Origin: Desulfomicrobium sp.
GTDB lineage: Bacteria; Desulfobacterota; Desulfovibrionia; Desulfovibrionales; Desulfomicrobiaceae
Length of the DNA: 64,000 nt
Direction: 5' to 3'
NCBI GenBank assembly: GCA_040768745.1
Contig: JAXGMI010000001.1
Location: forward strand, 1,120,001 to 1,184,000
The position numbers were made by a program, and so were the translations under genes. Below are positions 36,970-47,663 of the stretch, in pieces (the stretch's first letter is position 1; each line of letters starts with the position of its first letter). The notes beneath the pieces were generated by a model. It was not told where the DNA came from. It ran no database searches and worked only from the letters and a program-made list of their open reading frames with translations.

Positions 36970-37744
36970 CTTCTCCCCTCGGGCCCGGCAGACCCTGGAG
37001 GAAGCCGACGTCATTCTGGCCGAAGACACCCGCCGGGCCGGCCGCCTGCTGCACCTTGCCGGTATCGTAAACAAGCGGTTTCTGAGCCTGCACGAACACA
37101 ATGAGGAGGAGCGCATCAACGAGGTCCTGGGGCTCCTTCGCAGCGGAGCCAAGGTGGCCGTGGTCTCCGATGCGGGAACACCCCTTATTGCCGATCCAGG
37201 GTACCGCCTGGTGGCAGCCTGCCGTGAGGGAGGAATCCCCGTGGTGCCCGTGCCTGGGCCGTGCGCTCCCATCGCCGCCCTCATGGCCAGCGGCCTTCCA
37301 CCGTATCCGTTCGTGTTCCTGGGTTTTCTGCCGCGCAAGGCAGGAGACGTGCGCAGTCTTTTCCGGGAGTACGCCATGGTCACGGCTACCCTGGTCTTTT
37401 TTGAGCGCAAGAACAGGGTCGGCCAGTCCCTGGCCCTGGCCCTGGACGTGCTCGGAGAGAGGGAATTTTGCTTGGCCCGGGAATTGACCAAGAAACATGA
37501 GCAGTTTATCAATGGAAGGCTTGGTCAGCCTCTGGATGTCGCAGGAGAATTGCTGGGCGAGGTCACTGTAGTCATCGGCCCTCCACACGCCGAACGGGCC
37601 GCCTCACGGGAAGAGGTGCTGGACTTGGCCCGGGCCTATGCGGGGATGCGGCCTAAGGATGCGGCCCGGTTGATCCATTCCCGGGTGAGCGGATGGACAG
37701 TCAAGGGAATTTACGAGGTCATGTTGGAACAGGGCGTGGAGTAG
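36920..37744 (+). CDS. rsmI: 16S rRNA C1402 2'-O-methyltransferase
   Basis: 'VATPLGNLGD', 'AEDTR', 'SDAGTPLIADPG', 'RELTKKHE'. Confidence 0.95.
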   Translation: MYGTVWVVATPLGNLGDFSPRARQTLEEADVILAEDTRRAGRLLHLAGIVNKRFLSLHEHNEEERINEVLGLLRSGAKVAVVSDAGTPLIADPGYRLVAACREGGIPVVPVPGPCAPIAALMASGLPPYPFVFLGFLPRKAGDVRSLFREYAMVTATLVFFERKNRVGQSLALALDVLGEREFCLARELTKKHEQFINGRLGQPLDVAGELLGEVTVVIGPPHAERAASREEVLDLARAYAGMRPKDAARLIHSRVSGWTVKGIYEVMLEQGVE

Positions 37745-37747
37745 GCA

Positions 37748-38494
37748 GTGGGTGCACGGGTTTTGCTGCGGATATTCCTGCGCACGTATGTGGTCGGGGC
37801 CACATTCAACACCAAGGGGATGCAGAACGTGGGCTTTGCCCTGGTGATGGAGCCTGGGCTGGTCGATTTGTATGGCCATGATCCTGCAGCCCTGCAGCGG
37901 GCCCGGAGCCGCTACCTGAAGCACTACAATACGCATCCTTTCTGGACTCCGCTTCTGGCCGGCATTTTCCTGTCCATGGAAAAAAAGATCGCCAGCGGAC
38001 TCCTGCCCGCCGATATTCTGTTGAAGCTCAGGTCCACGACGGTCTATACCCTCTCGGCCCTGGGGGACTCTTTTTTCGGCGGCAGCTCCCTGGTCCTGTG
38101 GTCCCTGGTCGGGATCAATCTGGCCGTTTCGGGGCACATCTTGCCTCTTGTCCTGTGGCTTTTCCTCTGTTTCTGCCTGTTGCAGGCGTTCAAAGTCTAC
38201 ACCTTTGCCCGCGGCTATGCCCAGGGCCTGTCCTTTTTACAGCGCCTCAAGTCCTGGAACCTTATCGATTGGGGGCAGCGCATCAAGATGGCCAATGCGG
38301 CGCTGATCGCCCTTTTTGTGCTCCAGATCGCCCCGGGGGAGGGCTTTTGGCTCCTGGCTTGGGCTGCTGGGGCGAGTCTGCTGGCTGCGGGCAGTGTTCT
38401 GCGGTCCCCTGCCCGTTGTTTTTGGATAGCTGTTGTCATTCTGGTTGGGCTTTTCGCGCCCTGGAACCTGGTTCTGCCTTTGGTCTCCATGTAG
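37748..38494 (+). CDS. PTS mannose/fructose/sorbose-family IID-like membrane subunit
   Basis: 'FNTKGMQNVGF', 'YNTHP', 'LSALGDSFF'. Confidence 0.85.
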   Translation: MGARVLLRIFLRTYVVGATFNTKGMQNVGFALVMEPGLVDLYGHDPAALQRARSRYLKHYNTHPFWTPLLAGIFLSMEKKIASGLLPADILLKLRSTTVYTLSALGDSFFGGSSLVLWSLVGINLAVSGHILPLVLWLFLCFCLLQAFKVYTFARGYAQGLSFLQRLKSWNLIDWGQRIKMANAALIALFVLQIAPGEGFWLLAWAAGASLLAAGSVLRSPARCFWIAVVILVGLFAPWNLVLPLVSM

Positions 38495-38497
38495 GTG

Positions 38498-38782
38498 ATG
38501 CGTATGGATGGAGTGCAGGAAAAGATCATTCGCGTCGGCAACAGCCTGGGAATTCATGCCCGGCCAGCTGGAAAGATTTCCCAGGAAGCACAGCGCTATG
38601 CCTCGAGCGTGACCATTTGCTCCAAGGATGCCGAGGCTGATGCCAAGTCCATTTTGGACATCCTGACCCTGGCCGCGCCCCAGGGAACCGAACTGATCCT
38701 GCGGGCCCAGGGGCCGGATGCAAGGGAGGCCATTCTGGGGGTGTCCCGTCTGTTCGAAGAAATGTTTGGAGAAGATCGCTGA
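38498..38782 (+). CDS. ptsH: Phosphocarrier protein HPr
   Basis: 'NSLGIHARPA', 'DAKSIL', 'GPDAREA'. Start 38498 or 38504. Confidence 0.93.
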   Translation: MRMDGVQEKIIRVGNSLGIHARPAGKISQEAQRYASSVTICSKDAEADAKSILDILTLAAPQGTELILRAQGPDAREAILGVSRLFEEMFGEDR

Positions 38783-40548
38783 TGGCTTCCCGCACCCTTT
38801 TCGGTATCCCCGTCTCCGCAGGCATCGCCATTGGCAAGGCCTATTGCCTGAACAAATGCCACTTTTCCGGGACTGCGCGGCAGGTGGTGTCCGAGGCGGC
38901 TCTTCCCGGTGAGATGACCCGGCTGACCCAGGCCTTTGAGGCTGCGCAGGCTGATCTGGAGCGGACTCTGGCCATGGTGCCCGAGGATTTGAAAGAGCAT
39001 GCGGCGATCATCGAATCGCATCTGATGATGCTCAAGGATCACAAATTCCGCAAACGTGCCCAGGACCACATCGTTTCCGCCAAGGTCAATGCCGAGTGGG
39101 CCCTGGAACGAGCCGTGAACGACGTGCAGGAGATTTTTGCGGCCATAGCCGACGAATACCTTCGCCAGCGCATGCAGGACGTGCAGCTTGTGGCCGAACG
39201 GGTGCTGGGCAAGCTGGTCGGCTGCGGCGCCGGGCGGGAGGCCATCAAGCACCGGGCCATTCTGCTGGCCCATGACCTTACTCCGGCCGACACCATCGAG
39301 CTGGAAGTGAACAAGATCATGGCTTTTGCCACTGCCCAGGGTGGCAAGACATCGCATGCCGGAATTCTGGCCCGTTCCCTCCAGATCCCGGCCGTTGTCG
39401 GGGTCGAGGGTCTTGAGGACAACCTGAACGAGGGCACCATCATCATCCTCGACGGTTTCGATGGACGCATCATCCTGGAACCCGACGAGGAGGAATTGGC
39501 CCGGTACACGGACCTGCAGGTCCAGTTCGAGGGCTACCAGGCAACCATCATGCGTTCCTGCCGCCTGCCGGCTGAAACCATCGATGGCTTTCGGGTGCAG
39601 GTTCTGGCCAATATCGAGCTGTTCGAGGAGGTCGTGGCCGTCAATGACAACGGCGGTGAAGGCATCGGCCTGTACCGTTCGGAGTACAGCTATCTGAGTC
39701 GGTCCCAGATGCCGACCGAAGAGGAACTGACCGAGATCTATGCTGACATGGCGTCCCTGGTGGCTCCGAAGAAGCTGGTCATCCGCACCCTGGACGTGGG
39801 CGCGGACAAACTCATGCGCGCCCATACGCACGTCGAGAGCAATCCTGCCCTGGGCCTGCGGGCCATCCGCTACTGCCTCAAACACCGGGATGTGTTCAGG
39901 ACCCAGCTGCGGGCCATTCTGCGGGCCAGCGTCGTGGGCAATGTCTCCATCATGTTCCCCATGATTTCGGGGCTGCAAGAACTCGTGGAGGTCAAGAAGT
40001 TCTATCGCGAGGTGCAGCGGGAGATGCACGCCGAGGGTATCGCCTTTCGGCAGGACATGCCCTTCGGGATCATGGTTGAGGTGCCTAGCGCGGTCATCAC
40101 CGCGGATTTTCTGGCCCGGGAAGTGGACTTCTTCAGTATCGGCACCAATGATCTGATCCAGTATTCTCTGGGTATCGACCGGACCAACAAGGACGTGTCC
40201 TACCTCTACCAGCCCCTGCATCCGGCCATCGTCAGGTCTGTCAAATGGGTGGTGGACTCAGCCCATCGGGCCGGGATCGAGGTCTGTCTGTGTGGGGAAA
40301 TGGCCGCAGATCCGTTCTGCATCCCTGTGCTTATGGGCATGCAGGTCGACTCCATCAGCCTTGGCCCCCACGCCATTCCGGGCATCAAGCGCATTGTCCG
40401 CCAGGCGTCCATGGAGGAATGCGACGCCCTCCTGAAACAGGTCATGGCCAGCCAGTCCGTGGCCCGCAACAACAAGCTTGTCCGGGAGATGATCTTCCGT
40501 CGTTTCCCGGAGGAGCTCATGTTCTACTCGTCTCTGGTGGACGAGTAG
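38782..40548 (+). CDS. ptsI: PEP-protein phosphotransferase (PTS enzyme I)
   Basis: 'GGKTSHAGILAR', 'GIGLYRSE', 'IRTLD', 'FSIGTNDLIQY', 'CGEMA'. Confidence 0.95.
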   Translation: MASRTLFGIPVSAGIAIGKAYCLNKCHFSGTARQVVSEAALPGEMTRLTQAFEAAQADLERTLAMVPEDLKEHAAIIESHLMMLKDHKFRKRAQDHIVSAKVNAEWALERAVNDVQEIFAAIADEYLRQRMQDVQLVAERVLGKLVGCGAGREAIKHRAILLAHDLTPADTIELEVNKIMAFATAQGGKTSHAGILARSLQIPAVVGVEGLEDNLNEGTIIILDGFDGRIILEPDEEELARYTDLQVQFEGYQATIMRSCRLPAETIDGFRVQVLANIELFEEVVAVNDNGGEGIGLYRSEYSYLSRSQMPTEEELTEIYADMASLVAPKKLVIRTLDVGADKLMRAHTHVESNPALGLRAIRYCLKHRDVFRTQLRAILRASVVGNVSIMFPMISGLQELVEVKKFYREVQREMHAEGIAFRQDMPFGIMVEVPSAVITADFLAREVDFFSIGTNDLIQYSLGIDRTNKDVSYLYQPLHPAIVRSVKWVVDSAHRAGIEVCLCGEMAADPFCIPVLMGMQVDSISLGPHAIPGIKRIVRQASMEECDALLKQVMASQSVARNNKLVREMIFRRFPEELMFYSSLVDE

Positions 40549-40565
40549 ACCTCCAAGGATTATTC

Positions 40566-41030
40566 ATGTGCGCCAAACCCACGGGCATCAAAATCATTGC
40601 GACCAATCGCAAAGCCCGTCACTTCTATGAACTGCTCGATTTTATCGAGGCCGGGATCATGCTGACCGGCTCGGAAGTCAAATCCCTGCGGGACGGCAAG
40701 GTCAATTTCATGGACGGCTACGTGCGCATGGCCAATGGCGAGGCCATCCTGTCCGGCGTGCATATTTCCACCTACGCCAATGCCGGGTACGCCCAGCACG
40801 ACCCGGATCGGGAACGCAAATTACTCATGCACCGGCATGAAATCGCCTCCCTGAAGTCGAAAATGGAACAGAAAGGGCTGACCCTGGTTCCGACCAAGAT
40901 GTATTTCAAGAATGGCAAGATCAAGATTGAACTGGCCCTGGCCAAGGGCAAGAAGGTTCATGACCGCCGCGAGGACCTCAAGCAGAAAGCCGTGGACCGG
41001 GATACGGAGAGGGAGATGAACCGGTTTTAG
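40566..41030 (+). CDS. smpB: SsrA-binding protein
   Basis: 'NRKARH', 'EAGIMLTGSEVKSLR', 'RKLLMH', 'KGKK..D.R'. Confidence 0.97.
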   Translation: MCAKPTGIKIIATNRKARHFYELLDFIEAGIMLTGSEVKSLRDGKVNFMDGYVRMANGEAILSGVHISTYANAGYAQHDPDRERKLLMHRHEIASLKSKMEQKGLTLVPTKMYFKNGKIKIELALAKGKKVHDRREDLKQKAVDRDTEREMNRF

Positions 41031-41176
41031 GCCGCTGTTGGAAATAACGGCTACCAGCCATGGTATGCACGGTTCACTCCGGGCCGCACTTTCAGGTTCG
41101 GTCAGAGGGCAGCCGGCCCAGAGGCATGCCATTCCATAGGGCTGTGCAACCCTTTCTGGTGGGCAGGGCTTGTCCC

Positions 41177-41749
41177 CTACTGGATGTCGGTGTGGCTCAG
41201 AAACTCATCCACGGTCATGCACGCGATGCCCACGTCCCGGATATCCTGGATGTTGGCCAGGTGGATTTCCGGGGTGCGTGAGGACGAGGCGTCGGTCAGG
41301 AGAACCATTTCGTAGCCCAGGCTCAGGCCGTCGAAGAGGGTGGCCCGCAGGCAGAACGGGAGCTGGGTGCCGGTGACCACCAGGCGGCTGATGTGCTTGC
41401 GCCGCAGGATGAGATCCAGTTCCGTGGCCATGAAGGCGCTGAAGCGCTGTTTGACGATGCGGAATTCGTTTTCAATGGGCTCCAGACCGGGGACGATGCG
41501 CGCCCCGGGCGTGCCGGGCACCACCATGGGGCGCCGGGCAAAGGCCCCTTGCCGGGAGACTTCCACGTCCGAGCCGTCGGCACGGTATTCGCGCACCACA
41601 TGAAAGACCGGCCAGGCCAGATCCCGGAACCGGCGCAGGACCTTGCGGATGGTCCCGATGGTGGCATGGGCCCCTGGCACCTCGCAGGCCCCGCCCGGCA
41701 CGGCGAAGTCGTGCTGCATGTCGATGACGAGCAGTGCGGTTTCAGTCAT
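41177..41749 (-). CDS. Isochorismatase-family cysteine hydrolase
   Basis: 'ALLVIDMQHDF', 'K.RFSAF..TELD..LR', 'TGTQ..FC'. Confidence 0.9.
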   Translation of the reverse strand: MTETALLVIDMQHDFAVPGGACEVPGAHATIGTIRKVLRRFRDLAWPVFHVVREYRADGSDVEVSRQGAFARRPMVVPGTPGARIVPGLEPIENEFRIVKQRFSAFMATELDLILRRKHISRLVVTGTQLPFCLRATLFDGLSLGYEMVLLTDASSSRTPEIHLANIQDIRDVGIACMTVDEFLSHTDIQ

Positions 41750-41893
41750 GGTCTTCCCTCCATGCGGTTGTCATTCCGGGAAATCTGCCCTAGTGCGGAT
41801 GCGCGCGCCGGCCGGCACAAAAATGGATAGCCAGCGTTGTCAGGCTCAGCAAGAAAGATTTTCACCCCCAAGACCAACGCGTCGGGAGTTTGC

Positions 41894-44410
41894 ATGATCG
41901 GTTATTTGACGAAAAAGATATTCGGCTCCAGAAACGACAGATATCTGAAGTCGTTGGGACCCCTTGTGGCTCAGATCAATGCCCTGGAAGAGGGCATGAC
42001 TGCCTTGGCGGATGTGGATTTTCCGGCCCGCATCGCGCGATACCGGGAGGAGGTGGCTGGCGGGCGTGACCTCGATTCCCTGCTGCCCGAGGTCTTCGCC
42101 CTGACCCGCGAAGCCAGCAGACGCGCCCTGAACATGCGCCATTTCGACGTGCAGCTCATGGGCGGGGTCATTCTGCACCAGGGCAAGATCGCCGAAATGA
42201 AGACCGGCGAAGGCAAGACCCTGGTGGCCACGCTGCCCGTGGTCCTGAACGCGCTGTCCGGGAGTGGCGTGCACGTGGTCACGGTCAACGATTACCTGGC
42301 CCGCCGAGACGCGGCCTGGATGGGCAAGCTGTACAATTTTCTGGGACTGTCCGTGGGCGTCATCATCCACGGTCTGACCGATGCCGAGCGTCAGGCGGCC
42401 TACGGTTCCGACGTGACCTACGGAACCAACAACGAGTTCGGGTTCGACTACCTGCGCGACAACATGAAGTTCTACAAGCATCAGCTCGTGCAGCGTGACC
42501 TCAACTACGCCATTGTCGACGAGGTGGACTCCATCCTGATCGACGAGGCGCGCACCCCGCTGATCATTTCCGGGCCTGGCGAAAAATCCACCGCGCTGTA
42601 CGGACGGGTCAACGCCATCATCCCCAAGCTGGTCCGGGAGGAACATTTTTCCATCGACGAAAAGGCCCGCACCGTGGTCCTGACCGACGAGGGCGTGGTC
42701 CACTGCGAGAAGATTCTGGGGGTGAACAACCTGTTTGATCCCTCCAACATCACCCTGCAGCACCATATCCTGCAGGCCTTGCGCGCCCACTACCTCTTTG
42801 CCTGCGACGATCACTACATCGTCAAGGACGGGCAGGTGGTCATCGTCGACGAGTTCACGGGCCGGCTCATGCCCGGCCGGCGCTTCAGCGACGGGTTGCA
42901 CCAGGCCCTGGAGGCCAAGGAAGGGGTCAAGGTCGAGGCCGAAAACCAGACCCTGGCCAGCATCACCTTTCAGAATTTTTTCCGCATGTACGCGAAGCTG
43001 GCCGGCATGACCGGCACGGCAGACACGGAAGCCGTGGAGTTCCAGCAGATCTACGGCCTGGAAGTCATTGTCGCGCCACCGAACAAGACCATGATTCGCA
43101 AGGATTTCCCGGACGTCATCCTGAAGACCCAGGTGGAGAAGTTCAGCGCCATCGTGGAGGAGATCCGCGCCCTGCACGTCAAGGGGCAGCCCGTGCTGGT
43201 CGGCACTACGTCCATCGAGAAGTCTGAGTACATCTCGGGACTGCTCAAGAAAAAGCACATCCCGCACGAGGTCCTGAACGCCAAATACCATGAGAAGGAA
43301 GCGGAGATCGTGGCCCTGGCCGGACAGAAGGGCCGGGTGACCATCGCCACCAACATGGCCGGCCGGGGCACGGACATCGTGCTCGGGGAGGGCGTGCGTG
43401 AGCTGGGCGGGCTGCACATCCTGGGCTCGGAGCGTCACGAGAGCCGGCGCATCGACAACCAGCTGCGCGGCCGGGCCGGCCGCCAAGGCGATCCCGGATC
43501 GTCGCGCTTCTACCTGGCCCTGGACGACACTCTCATGCGTCTTTTTGGTTCCGAGCGCATCGCCGGCATCATGGAGAAGCTCGGTCTGGAAGACGGGCAG
43601 ACCATCGAAAACAGCCTCATCACCCGATCCATCGAGAACGCCCAGAAGCGGGTGGAGGGGCACAATTTTGAAATACGCAAGCAGCTCCTGGAATACGACG
43701 ACGTCATGAACCAGCAACGCGAGGTCATCTACTCCCTGCGCCGCGAACTCATGACCACGGAGGATCTGCAGGATACGGTGGAGGAGTTCATCGACGATCT
43801 GCTGGCCGAGGTTTACGAGCCGTTGGACAACCGCAAGGGCAGGACCGAGCCGCTGGACGAGGTCCGGGCCATGATCCGCTCCAAGCTGGACGAGATTTTC
43901 GCCCTGGAACGGGTGGTGGAGCCCGGGAAGTTCGTGGAAAAAGAGGAGGCCCAGGCCAGGATTCTGTCCATTCTTGATACGCATCGGGCCGCAGCCCCGG
44001 ACCAGTACCAGGAGGTGTTGCGTTTCTTTCTCCTCGACGCGTTGGACCGCAACTGGAAGGACCACCTGTTGCAGATGGATTACCTCAAGGAGGGCATCGG
44101 TCTGCGCGGCTATGCCCAGCGCGATCCCAAACAGGAATATAAACGCGAAGGTTTTGAACTGTTCGAGGATCTGCTCTTCCGCATCCGGGAAAACACCATG
44201 AAGGCCCTGACCCACCTGCGGATCGAGGTGGTCAAGCAGGAAGAACTCAAGCACGAGGAGCAGGACAACGTGAAGTACGCGGGTGGGAGCGAGCCGGCGG
44301 AAAGCAAGCCCGACACCGTGCGCCGGGCCGACCCCAAGGTCGGGCGCAACGACCCCTGCCCCTGCGGGAGCGGTCAGAAGTACAAGAAATGCTGCGGTAG
44401 GCAGGCATGA
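41894..44410 (+). CDS. secA: Preprotein translocase ATPase
   Basis: 'MKTGEGKT', '[14 protein letters not shown]', '[11 protein letters not shown]', C-terminal '[18 protein letters not shown]'. Confidence 0.99.
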   Translation: MIGYLTKKIFGSRNDRYLKSLGPLVAQINALEEGMTALADVDFPARIARYREEVAGGRDLDSLLPEVFALTREASRRALNMRHFDVQLMGGVILHQGKIAEMKTGEGKTLVATLPVVLNALSGSGVHVVTVNDYLARRDAAWMGKLYNFLGLSVGVIIHGLTDAERQAAYGSDVTYGTNNEFGFDYLRDNMKFYKHQLVQRDLNYAIVDEVDSILIDEARTPLIISGPGEKSTALYGRVNAIIPKLVREEHFSIDEKARTVVLTDEGVVHCEKILGVNNLFDPSNITLQHHILQALRAHYLFACDDHYIVKDGQVVIVDEFTGRLMPGRRFSDGLHQALEAKEGVKVEAENQTLASITFQNFFRMYAKLAGMTGTADTEAVEFQQIYGLEVIVAPPNKTMIRKDFPDVILKTQVEKFSAIVEEIRALHVKGQPVLVGTTSIEKSEYISGLLKKKHIPHEVLNAKYHEKEAEIVALAGQKGRVTIATNMAGRGTDIVLGEGVRELGGLHILGSERHESRRIDNQLRGRAGRQGDPGSSRFYLALDDTLMRLFGSERIAGIMEKLGLEDGQTIENSLITRSIENAQKRVEGHNFEIRKQLLEYDDVMNQQREVIYSLRRELMTTEDLQDTVEEFIDDLLAEVYEPLDNRKGRTEPLDEVRAMIRSKLDEIFALERVVEPGKFVEKEEAQARILSILDTHRAAAPDQYQEVLRFFLLDALDRNWKDHLLQMDYLKEGIGLRGYAQRDPKQEYKREGFELFEDLLFRIRENTMKALTHLRIEVVKQEELKHEEQDNVKYAGGSEPAESKPDTVRRADPKVGRNDPCPCGSGQKYKKCCGRQA

Positions 44411-44413
44411 TCA

Positions 44414-44445
44414 GAAAACCCCGGTGCGAGCCGGGGTTTTCGTTT
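44414..44445 (+). terminator. Intrinsic terminator after secA
   Basis: GAAAACCCCGG-TGCGAG-CCGGGGTTTTC. Confidence 0.85.
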
Positions 44446-44509
44446 GCGGAGGGGAGGAGTCATCCGGCGGGCGGGACGCATCCCGCGGGGGCCTGAGCGA
44501 AAGAGAAGA

Positions 44510-44536
44510 TGGATTCCCGCGCAGGCGGGAATCCAT
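44510..44536. repeat. REP-like palindrome (CGTC-type core)
   Basis: TGGATTCCCGCGCAGGCGGGAATCCA, resembling the widespread ATTCCCGCGNAGGCGGGAATCC repeat core. Confidence 0.6.
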
Positions 44537-44570
44537 GCCTTTTCAGTGCCAGTCCGCATGCACGGGGCCT

Positions 44571-44610
44571 AAAAGAAAGCGCGGGCCGGGGAGTGATCCC
44601 CGGCCCGCTG
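44571..44610 (-). terminator. Intrinsic terminator of betaine transporter operon
   Basis: GCGGGCCGGGGA-GTGA-TCCCCGGCCCGC with an A-rich run on its left (U-tail on minus strand). Confidence 0.7.
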
Positions 44611-44637
44611 CACGTTGTCCTGTATTTCATCCCGCCG

Positions 44638-45477
44638 CTACTTGCCCATCCAACCCTTCACGGTGTCCGGATGTTCCGTCAGGAAACGCTGGGCGTTTTC
44701 TTCGGGGGTGCCGCCGGCCTGGTTCCAGGCCATGACGGTCTGCAGCTGAGCCGGGGAGTCCCACTTGAAGTTGGCGAAGAAGGCGTGCACCTCGGGCATG
44801 TCCTCCTTCAGGCCCTTGCGCACGATGGCCTCGATCTTTTCCTCGGCGCCCAGCACGCCCTTGGGGTCCTTGAGGTACTTGAGATCCCACTTGCCGAACA
44901 TCCAGTGCGGGGACCAGGCGGTGACGACGAGCCATTTCTTGTTCTTGATGGCGGTGTCCAGGGCCGCGGTCATGGTCGCGCCGCTGCCTTCCATCAGTTC
45001 GAGCTTGTTCAGGCCGTAGTCGGCCATGGCCTGCTCGGACAGCTTCATGAGGCCCGCGCCAGGGTCGATGCCGATGATCTTGCCGTCGAACTTGCCGGCG
45101 TTGGCATTGAGTTCCTCGATGGAGTCGATTGTCACGTACGCGGGCACGGCCCAGCCGAGCTTGGCTCCGCCCGAGACCACGGACACCTTTTCGACCTTGT
45201 CCTTGACCTTCTCATAGTAGTCGGCGTGGGTCACGGGCAGCCAGGCCGTGACCATGGCGTCCACGTCGCCCGTGCCCAGGGCCTGCCACATGGCGGCCGC
45301 GGCCACGGGCAGGGTCTCGACTTCATATCCCATCCGCTCCAGGGCGGCCTTGGCCGTCATGGTGCTGGCCGTGGCGCAGTCCCACTCGACGTAGGCGATG
45401 CGGACCTTGCCCTTGGCGGCCATGGAAGGCGCGGCCAGGAATATAAGACATATCAGGGTCAGCAGGGTTTTCTTCAT
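44638..45477 (-). CDS. proX: Glycine betaine/proline ABC transporter substrate-binding protein (OpuAC/ProX)
   Basis: Signal peptide; 'YVEW', 'AWLPVTH', 'GIDPGAG', 'WSPHW' tryptophan box. Confidence 0.92.
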   Translation of the reverse strand: MKKTLLTLICLIFLAAPSMAAKGKVRIAYVEWDCATASTMTAKAALERMGYEVETLPVAAAAMWQALGTGDVDAMVTAWLPVTHADYYEKVKDKVEKVSVVSGGAKLGWAVPAYVTIDSIEELNANAGKFDGKIIGIDPGAGLMKLSEQAMADYGLNKLELMEGSGATMTAALDTAIKNKKWLVVTAWSPHWMFGKWDLKYLKDPKGVLGAEEKIEAIVRKGLKEDMPEVHAFFANFKWDSPAQLQTVMAWNQAGGTPEENAQRFLTEHPDTVKGWMGK

Positions 45478-45496
45478 GCGGTACTCCTTGTTGGTT

Positions 45497-46333
45497 TTAT
45501 TTGTCTCTGCGGGTGCCCAGTTTCTGCAGCACCCGGTCCAGGATCATGGCCACGATGACGATGGCGATGCCCGCCTCGAAGCCGCGGCCCATCTGCAACC
45601 GCTGGATGGCCTTCCAGACTTCGCCGCCAAGGCCCTTGGCGCCGATCATGGACGCGATGACGACCATGGACAGGGCCAGCATGACAGTCTGGTTGACGCC
45701 GGCCATGATTGTCGGCGCGGCCAGGGGCAGGTCCAGCTTCATGAGGCGTTGCACGCGCGTCGCGCCGAAGGCCGTGGAACATTCCACGAGGTCCGCCGGG
45801 ATCTGGCGGATGCCCAGGCAGGTGAAGCGGATGGCCGGCGGCATGGAAAAGACGACCGTCGAGAAGATGGCCGCGGTCTTGCCCAGGCCGAAGAAAGGGA
45901 TGGCCGGGATGAGGTAGACGAAGGCCGGCATGGTCTGCATCACGTCGAGTACGGGCATGACCGCCTGGTACATGCGCGTGTTGATGGCCGAGAGTATGCC
46001 CAGCGGCACGCCGAGGGCGATGGCGCACAGGGTCGAGACCAGGACCAGGGCCAGGGTGCTGACCGTGGCCGCCCACAGCCCCATGTTCCAGATCAGGGCC
46101 AGGCCCAGGACGCTGCCCAGGGTCAGCCTGCGGTCCCGGGTCAGGAGCCACACGCTGGCCGCCGCCAGCACGATGAAGACTGGGATGGGGACCAGCAGCA
46201 GGCCGCTTTCCATGGCCCCGAGGACCGTCTCGACCACATCGGCGCTGGCCTTGGTGATGAAGGACAGGTGTTCGACCAGAAAGTCGATGCCGGATTCAAT
46301 GGTCTCGCCCACAGGCAGTCTGAAGTCGTTCAC
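45497..46333 (-). CDS. proW: Glycine betaine/proline ABC transporter permease (OpuAB/ProW)
   Basis: 'PVLDVMQTMPAFVYLIP', 'AGVNQTVMLALSMVVIASMIGAKGLG'. Confidence 0.94.
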   Translation of the reverse strand: MNDFRLPVGETIESGIDFLVEHLSFITKASADVVETVLGAMESGLLLVPIPVFIVLAAASVWLLTRDRRLTLGSVLGLALIWNMGLWAATVSTLALVLVSTLCAIALGVPLGILSAINTRMYQAVMPVLDVMQTMPAFVYLIPAIPFFGLGKTAAIFSTVVFSMPPAIRFTCLGIRQIPADLVECSTAFGATRVQRLMKLDLPLAAPTIMAGVNQTVMLALSMVVIASMIGAKGLGGEVWKAIQRLQMGRGFEAGIAIVIVAMILDRVLQKLGTRRDK

Positions 46334-47523
46334 GCGGCACCTCCCCGTTCGGCCAGGGCCGCGACCAGCGTGCCGCGTACGATGACCCCCTTGAACTTGT
46401 TGCTCTCGTCGACCACGGCCAGGGGGTAGGGAAGGTCGGCCATGATGCCGAAGAGATCCTGGGCCGGGGTGTCCGGGGCAACGGTCTTGATCTCGGTGCA
46501 GATGGCCTCGGCCAGCTTCTCCTCGCCCCTGCCGGCCAGGTTCGCGGCCGCGTCGGCGGACACGATGCCGACCAGCCGATGGTTGTGGTCGACCACGAAG
46601 AGGTGGGCGATGTTGTGCTTGCGCATCTTGCGCAGGGCCGCGCGCGGCCCGTCGGTGCGCAGGTCGGCCACGGCCTCGCTGCGTTTCATGACGGATTCGG
46701 CCGTCAGGATCTTTGTGATGTCCACGTCCTCCACGAAGCGGGCAACGTAGTCGTTGGCCGGGGAGGTCAGGATCTGCTCGGGAGTGCCGATCTGCACGAT
46801 GGCTCCGTCCTTCATGAGGATGATGCGGTCGCCGAGCTTGAGGGCCTCGTCCAGGTCGTGGGAGATGAAGACGATGGTCTTGCGCATCTTCTCCTGCAGG
46901 TTGATGAGTTCGTCCTGCATGTCGCGGCGGATGAGGGGGTCAAGGGCGCTGAAGGCCTCGTCCATGAGCAGGATGTCCGGCGACAGCGCCAGGGCGCGGG
47001 CCAGGCCCACGCGTTGCTGCATGCCGCCTGAGAGCTGGCGCGGGTAGGACTCGCCCCAACCGTCCAGGCCGACCATGGACAGGGCCTCCTCGGCCTGCTG
47101 TAGGCGCTTGGCCTTGTCCATGCCTTGGATCTCCAGGCCGAGGGCCGCGTTCTCCTTCACCGTGCGGTGGGGGAACAGGGCGAAATTCTGAAAGACCATG
47201 CCCATCTTGCGTTGTCGGAGCTGTCGGAGTTCGGCGTCGTCCATGGCCGCGACGTCCCGGCCGTCGACGAGGATTCTGCCGGCCGTCGGCGTGATGAGGC
47301 GGTTCAGGCAGCGCACCAGCGTTGACTTGCCGCTGCCGGACAGGCCCATGACGACCACGATCTCGCCTTCGTGCACCTCGAATGTGGCGTTGTTCACGCC
47401 GACCCCGTGGCGGGTTTCGGCCATGATCTCGTCCTTGCTCCTGCCCTTGGAGAGCATCTGCAGCGCCTTCTTCGGGTTTGGGCCGAATATCTTGTACAAT
47501 CCTTCAACGTGTATTTTTGCCAT
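46330..47523 (-). CDS. proV: Glycine betaine/proline ABC transporter ATPase with CBS domains (OpuAA/ProV)
   Basis: 'MGLSGSGKST', 'LSGGMQQRVGLARAL', 'DEAFSALDPLIR', tandem CBS. Confidence 0.95.
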   Translation of the reverse strand: MAKIHVEGLYKIFGPNPKKALQMLSKGRSKDEIMAETRHGVGVNNATFEVHEGEIVVVMGLSGSGKSTLVRCLNRLITPTAGRILVDGRDVAAMDDAELRQLRQRKMGMVFQNFALFPHRTVKENAALGLEIQGMDKAKRLQQAEEALSMVGLDGWGESYPRQLSGGMQQRVGLARALALSPDILLMDEAFSALDPLIRRDMQDELINLQEKMRKTIVFISHDLDEALKLGDRIILMKDGAIVQIGTPEQILTSPANDYVARFVEDVDITKILTAESVMKRSEAVADLRTDGPRAALRKMRKHNIAHLFVVDHNHRLVGIVSADAAANLAGRGEEKLAEAICTEIKTVAPDTPAQDLFGIMADLPYPLAVVDESNKFKGVIVRGTLVAALAERGGAA

Positions 47524-47663
47524 TCAAGCTCCTTGGATGCGGGTTCGGGCCGTGCCGTTGCGAGGGGCCGGCCGTTTCGAGCATTGGGCAGAATAGCCGA
47601 TTCGGGCAGGGGGACAAGGGGAGGGGGCGGGGATGGATCGGGTATGCGAGCATACCCGATGAA

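Noticed and set aside
41031..41176. tmRNA (ssrA) next to smpB; also SRP RNA near ffh
   Set aside because: The gap is too short and lacks the GGGGCTGA 5' end and tRNA-like 3' end; no SRP RNA helix motif was recognised near ffh.
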